Below, in pieces: positions 46,109 through 49,791 of a stretch of DNA of 49,791 nt. The translations under genes were made by a program, and so were the position numbers. Numbering within the stretch: position 1 is the first letter of the stretch; every line of letters begins with the position of its first letter. The notes beneath the pieces were generated by a model. It worked only from the letters and a program-made list of their open reading frames with translations, was not told the origin of the DNA and did no database searches. The DNA comes from an uncultured Collinsella sp. (GTDB taxonomy: Bacteria > Actinomycetota > Coriobacteriia > Coriobacteriales > Coriobacteriaceae): assembly GCA_900550965.1 (NCBI GenBank), contig URUC01000001.1, forward strand, positions 1-49,791, read 5' to 3'.

Positions 46109-47593
46109 CTAATCCCTTAGCCACTTAGCTGCATTGGGATGGTCGTCGCAAAAGTACTTCTTGGCGCGGAAGGGACGCATGCCGGTCACCTTGACCAGGC
46201 AATCGGTGCGAGGCATAAGCCCAACCTCGCCTGGGGTCATCACGCAACCGCGCACATCTACGGCAGTGCGCTCGGCGCCCACGTACTTGGTGCCCAAAAC
46301 CGACTCGCCACACAGTTCGCTTATGTAGTTCTGCGTCGCGATGTTGCTGCCGCCACCCATATAGACCAAGCTATCGCAGTTATCGAGGATGGTAAGCGCC
46401 GTTGATTTGCCGTACACGACATCGAGCTGGCTCAGCGATTGCGCACACATCAAAAAGCTAATGCCGCGACTGCGCACGGTCGCAATGCTGCGCTCAAAAT
46501 CGGGGATGCGTCCCACATTGGGAAACTCATCGAGCACAAACTGCACGCGACGCTGCAAATGGCCGCTGGGGCTGGCATCGGCACGGCGCTGGGCAAGGTT
46601 AAACAGCTGCTTAAGGGCAACGTTCGCAAGCCATGCATTAGCCGAATCGTTGTCGCTCACTTTAAGATCGATCACGCGCTTGCCCTCGTCAATACGATCA
46701 AGACGCATCTCGTCATTCTCAAAAACGCGCATGAGCTGAGGCGTCTTAAGCCGCGAGATAGTTGCATTGAGCGTGATCAGAATACTCTTAAGCGTCCTAT
46801 CTGCCGCACCTCGAAAATCGCGATACTGCTCAACGCCATACAGATCAGCGTTCTCCGCACCATACTTATCGAGAAACTCCCTGGACTCTACCTCTTCTAC
46901 AAGGTAGTCCAACGGGAATCGCCCCTCACCATCTCCCGTAACCTTGATGAGCGCAGCCAGTTTAAAGACGTTGTTCATCTTAAGGTAGCGGCGCGGAGCC
47001 TCAGGATCCCCGCCTGGCGCAAATGTGCCAGCAAGGCACTCCAGGAGGAACAGGATTCCAACAATCGCTCGAAGCAGCAGGTCGTTCGCGTTGTCCCAAA
47101 ACGGGTCGTTCCTAAAGCTGCGCCTGTCAGGATCGATCCCCTCCATGATTGCCGCCACCGTGGTGGGGATATCCTCGACATCCATCACGTAGCGCAGGGG
47201 ATCGTACCCGGACGACTGCTCGGGATTGATGGTGTCGAGAACCGTTACCTCGTAGCCGTCCTCTTCAAAGCCTTTTCCCGTGCGGCGCAGTAACTCGCCC
47301 TTGGTGTCTGTGACCACATAGCAGCACTCGTGGTGGTTGAGCAGGTTGGGCAAAACGAAACTCGCTGTTTTGCCGCTACCAGTACCGCCAAAGGCAAAAA
47401 CATTGTTGGACACGCTTGTCTCCCAGTGCTTGTCGCCCTCGTAGAAAGCCACCGTGGCACCTTGCGCCAAGATCACATCGCGCTGCTCATCGCCGGATGA
47501 CAGCGCCTGCATCTCCTCCTTAGTCGCCCACTTCTTGGTCTGATACTCCGTTTGCTGCGCGGCCTCGTAGCCGTACATCTTGATGACTGACAT
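46109..47593 (-). CDS. VirD4/TraG-like coupling-protein ATPase lacking N-terminal TM segments
   Basis: GGTGSGKT, VVTDTKGEL, YDPL, DPFWD, KSILITL, VLDEF, RSRGI, QSLSQL; ATG 47593 behind GAAAGGAG. Confidence 0.88.
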   Translation of the reverse strand: MSVIKMYGYEAAQQTEYQTKKWATKEEMQALSSGDEQRDVILAQGATVAFYEGDKHWETSVSNNVFAFGGTGSGKTASFVLPNLLNHHECCYVVTDTKGELLRRTGKGFEEDGYEVTVLDTINPEQSSGYDPLRYVMDVEDIPTTVAAIMEGIDPDRRSFRNDPFWDNANDLLLRAIVGILFLLECLAGTFAPGGDPEAPRRYLKMNNVFKLAALIKVTGDGEGRFPLDYLVEEVESREFLDKYGAENADLYGVEQYRDFRGAADRTLKSILITLNATISRLKTPQLMRVFENDEMRLDRIDEGKRVIDLKVSDNDSANAWLANVALKQLFNLAQRRADASPSGHLQRRVQFVLDEFPNVGRIPDFERSIATVRSRGISFLMCAQSLSQLDVVYGKSTALTILDNCDSLVYMGGGSNIATQNYISELCGESVLGTKYVGAERTAVDVRGCVMTPGEVGLMPRTDCLVKVTGMRPFRAKKYFCDDHPNAAKWLRD

Positions 47594-47630
47594 GGCGTGG
47601 CTCCTTTCTTGTCCGTGACGTTGGTGGTTG

Positions 47631-48548
47631 TTAAGCAATGCGATCGACACCGTCGTCCTCATTGAGCTGTGCCGAGCGCGACGACTTGGTCGCGTGGCCG
47701 ATCAGGCGCTCGGCCTGCGCCAGATAACTCTCGCGAGCAGCAGTTGAAACCGTCCCGTCGCGCAGATACGCAAGCAATGCATTAATCATCAGCTTGTCGA
47801 GCAGGTCGTATCCCTTGGCCCGAGCGCAGTTGAGGAGGTAGCGGTCCTGAAGCCCCCGTACCTTAGTTGCCAAATCGATTTCCATCTTTTCCTCCATGTA
47901 ATAAAAAGTGTGTCGTTCGTCCAAAAGTGCCTCAAACGGGCGTTTGACGCATAACTCAAAGTTGAAACGCGGACTCGTATCGAACACGCGTCGTTGCACC
48001 TTGAGGTAGCGCTTATAAAACATGACGGCATCATCTTCATCCGCCGTAAAGCCACGCGATCCATCGCGGTGCAGCCGGTCGTAAGGCTTTTTGCTATCGA
48101 TATGGCGCACGAATGGGGACGGAATATAGGCATCCTTCTTGACGTTGTACTTCATCCCTGTCGTAACCTGCTCAAACAAGAGAACGCCAGCTGACTTAAA
48201 AGCCGCATTACATCCATGCCTAAACATGCTCACCACGGCTGCCACGCTGCCCATGCAGCTATCGCGCGGGGAAAAATACAGCGAAAGCAAAGCGAGCGTC
48301 GCAGCAGTCAAAAGCTCGCGGGCCTCGTGTACATCGGCTCGATACTGCTCGGGCACCAGCCCGGGAATATCGGGCGAGCGCTCTTCCAGCACGCCAACGA
48401 GCGATTTAGCCAGGCGCTCGACGTTCTTCTCGCCGCAGTACGGACACGGAAGTGGCAGCTCTGCCTTCCTGTTCACTTCGCACATACCGCGGAGATCCTC
48501 GTCGATCGCACTGAGGAATGCCTCGTAAATACTGTCCCGTTTCTTCAT
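47631..48548 (-). CDS. Hypothetical protein (CPYC motif), first gene of the virD4-clpP run
   Basis: 305-aa ORF; no recognised family. Confidence 0.7.
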   Translation of the reverse strand: MKKRDSIYEAFLSAIDEDLRGMCEVNRKAELPLPCPYCGEKNVERLAKSLVGVLEERSPDIPGLVPEQYRADVHEARELLTAATLALLSLYFSPRDSCMGSVAAVVSMFRHGCNAAFKSAGVLLFEQVTTGMKYNVKKDAYIPSPFVRHIDSKKPYDRLHRDGSRGFTADEDDAVMFYKRYLKVQRRVFDTSPRFNFELCVKRPFEALLDERHTFYYMEEKMEIDLATKVRGLQDRYLLNCARAKGYDLLDKLMINALLAYLRDGTVSTAARESYLAQAERLIGHATKSSRSAQLNEDDGVDRIA

Positions 48549-48836
48549 GAATGCTTCTTTCTATCCGGTTTCAGGTGGTTGATGTAAGTCTGTTCTAAGT
48601 TCTAGAATGTTCTGACGCTAGAACGATGATTATTGATCTAACCTGTAGTTTCATAAGTGAAATCATCCTGCTCGATTGCTTAGTTTGCCTAAAGGCTACA
48701 AAGCGAATGTATCAAGCAATTGCTATTGAGTTGGCTTTGGATTGCTTCGAGGATAGCACAGCGTGCTGTTCTCGTCATTAGAAATTTTAGTATTTTTCTG
48801 CTAATATAAACCCACTGAGAAGAAAGGGCTCTATAC

Positions 48837-49791
48837 ATGCGTGAAACTACATCATCATTGCCACGCCTCACCGCCGCCGCCCTCTCGCGCGCGCTTAACC
48901 TGGAACAAGGCAGTCGCCTGCTCACTGTCCGTCTGCCTGGCGCTGTGGATGCCGAAGATCTCGCTAAGTGCTTTACCCTAAACGGTAACGGCGTGCCCGA
49001 TATTTGTGAGCTTGAACCCGGAAAGCAGAATGCAAGCGATGATGATGCAGCGCCGGTGTTTGTCGATGCATCAAACTACTACCGCGCAAATAAGCACGAT
49101 ATCGAAAAAGACAGTGCCGCGCTCATCGATTATTTGGAGCCTGGCTACCTTGATTTTTGCGACTGGGGTCCTTTTATTTGGTGCCTGTATGCTCTCGCCC
49201 TTTCGGGCCGCACTCGAGCAGCCGTGGTACTTCCCGCCGATTTACTTGATAAAGCTGAACAAGCACGCACGATTTTGATACGCGAAGGGCTCATCGAGAG
49301 CGTCGTTTATTTGCCACTTTCCGAGCCCAGGCCCTACATGACAAGCGCGCTCCTCCTACTGTCTTCAGGAAATCGCAGCGTTGCATTTCGCAGCGCAATT
49401 GAGCCCGGACCGCGTTTTCAATATGTGACTAAAACATCGTATTACTCTGATATCACCTTTTCTATCTCTCCTGACTGGGCCCGCATTGATACCAATACGC
49501 CAAGATCGACGCCAATCGAAACGTCCACTTTTGCCACGCGCGAGCTGCTCCAACACCACGCCGCTCTCTCAAAAGGCAAAATCAGCCTCATCGCCATCAC
49601 CCGAAACTACAGCGCCACACTCGGTGACTCTTTTACGCGAGTCGCGCCATTCATGCCCCGCGAGAGCACGACATCGAACGACATTGACGCAGTCGAGGTG
49701 CGCCGAATCTCATCTCAAGATTTTCAGGACGGCAATCTTCTGCCCGTAGATGCTTCAGATAATCAAAATAGCTCGGATTCTAAATTCGTAA
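48837..49791 (+). CDS. Partial ORF (at least 318 codons, runs off the window): degenerate HsdM-like protein
   Basis: Translated by hand from ATG 48837 behind AGAAAGGG: MRETTSSLPRL...SGRTRAAVVLPADLLDKAEQARTILIREGLIESVVYLP...ALLLLSSGNRSVAF...; no stop before the window end. Confidence 0.75.
   Translation, partial: MRETTSSLPRLTAAALSRALNLEQGSRLLTVRLPGAVDAEDLAKCFTLNGNGVPDICELEPGKQNASDDDAAPVFVDASNYYRANKHDIEKDSAALIDYLEPGYLDFCDWGPFIWCLYALALSGRTRAAVVLPADLLDKAEQARTILIREGLIESVVYLPLSEPRPYMTSALLLLSSGNRSVAFRSAIEPGPRFQYVTKTSYYSDITFSISPDWARIDTNTPRSTPIETSTFATRELLQHHAALSKGKISLIAITRNYSATLGDSFTRVAPFMPRESTTSNDIDAVEVRRISSQDFQDGNLLPVDASDNQNSSDSKFV

Larger units (their letters stand above)
20259..49791. mobile_element. 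Accessory genomic island, probably ICE-related; left boundary uncertain (may include the phosphoesterases); extends past the right edge
   Basis: No housekeeping genes; patchy, more AT-rich composition; VirD4-like ATPase, surface-exclusion-like protein, RM cassette and duplicated modules. No integrase, relaxase or att site seen. Confidence 0.65.

Noticed and set aside
49006..49749. Short track ORFs near the right end
   Set aside because: Out-of-frame or antisense fragments within the long open frame starting at 48837.

Overview
High-GC actinobacterial chromosome segment; gene content and style suggest Coriobacteriia such as Collinsella (inference). About 1-18 kb is housekeeping and metabolic backbone: pcrA, uppP, a universal stress protein, an orphan BceRS/GraRS-like two-component pair, an aminotransferase/ornithine-cyclodeaminase/PucR cassette, purH, a GNAT, a DUF2207-like protein and gluQ. 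It is interspersed with several palindromic intergenic elements and one candidate sRNA. Three tandem metallophosphoesterases follow. From about 20 kb to beyond the right edge lies an accessory, ICE-like island; no integrase, relaxase or att site is visible in the window. The island encodes: (1) a sortase-anchored coiled-coil/CAP protein with PrgA-like surface-exclusion architecture; (2) its own ClpX-like ATPase, whose C-terminal extension resembles the all-alpha domain of VirD4; (3) its own ClpP, directly downstream of a VirD4-like ATPase lacking a membrane anchor; (4) two apparently non-catalytic HsdM/HsdS-like proteins, one running off the window and absent from the ORF track; (5) a tandemly duplicated three-gene module (DUF6076-like zinc-finger protein, small '-DIAC' protein, membrane protein) plus a relic of a third copy; (6) a four-gene restriction-modification-like cassette. 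The ClpX(AAD-like)/ClpP/soluble-VirD4 set is the best candidate for an undescribed system. All family calls come from motif recognition by eye, not from database searches.
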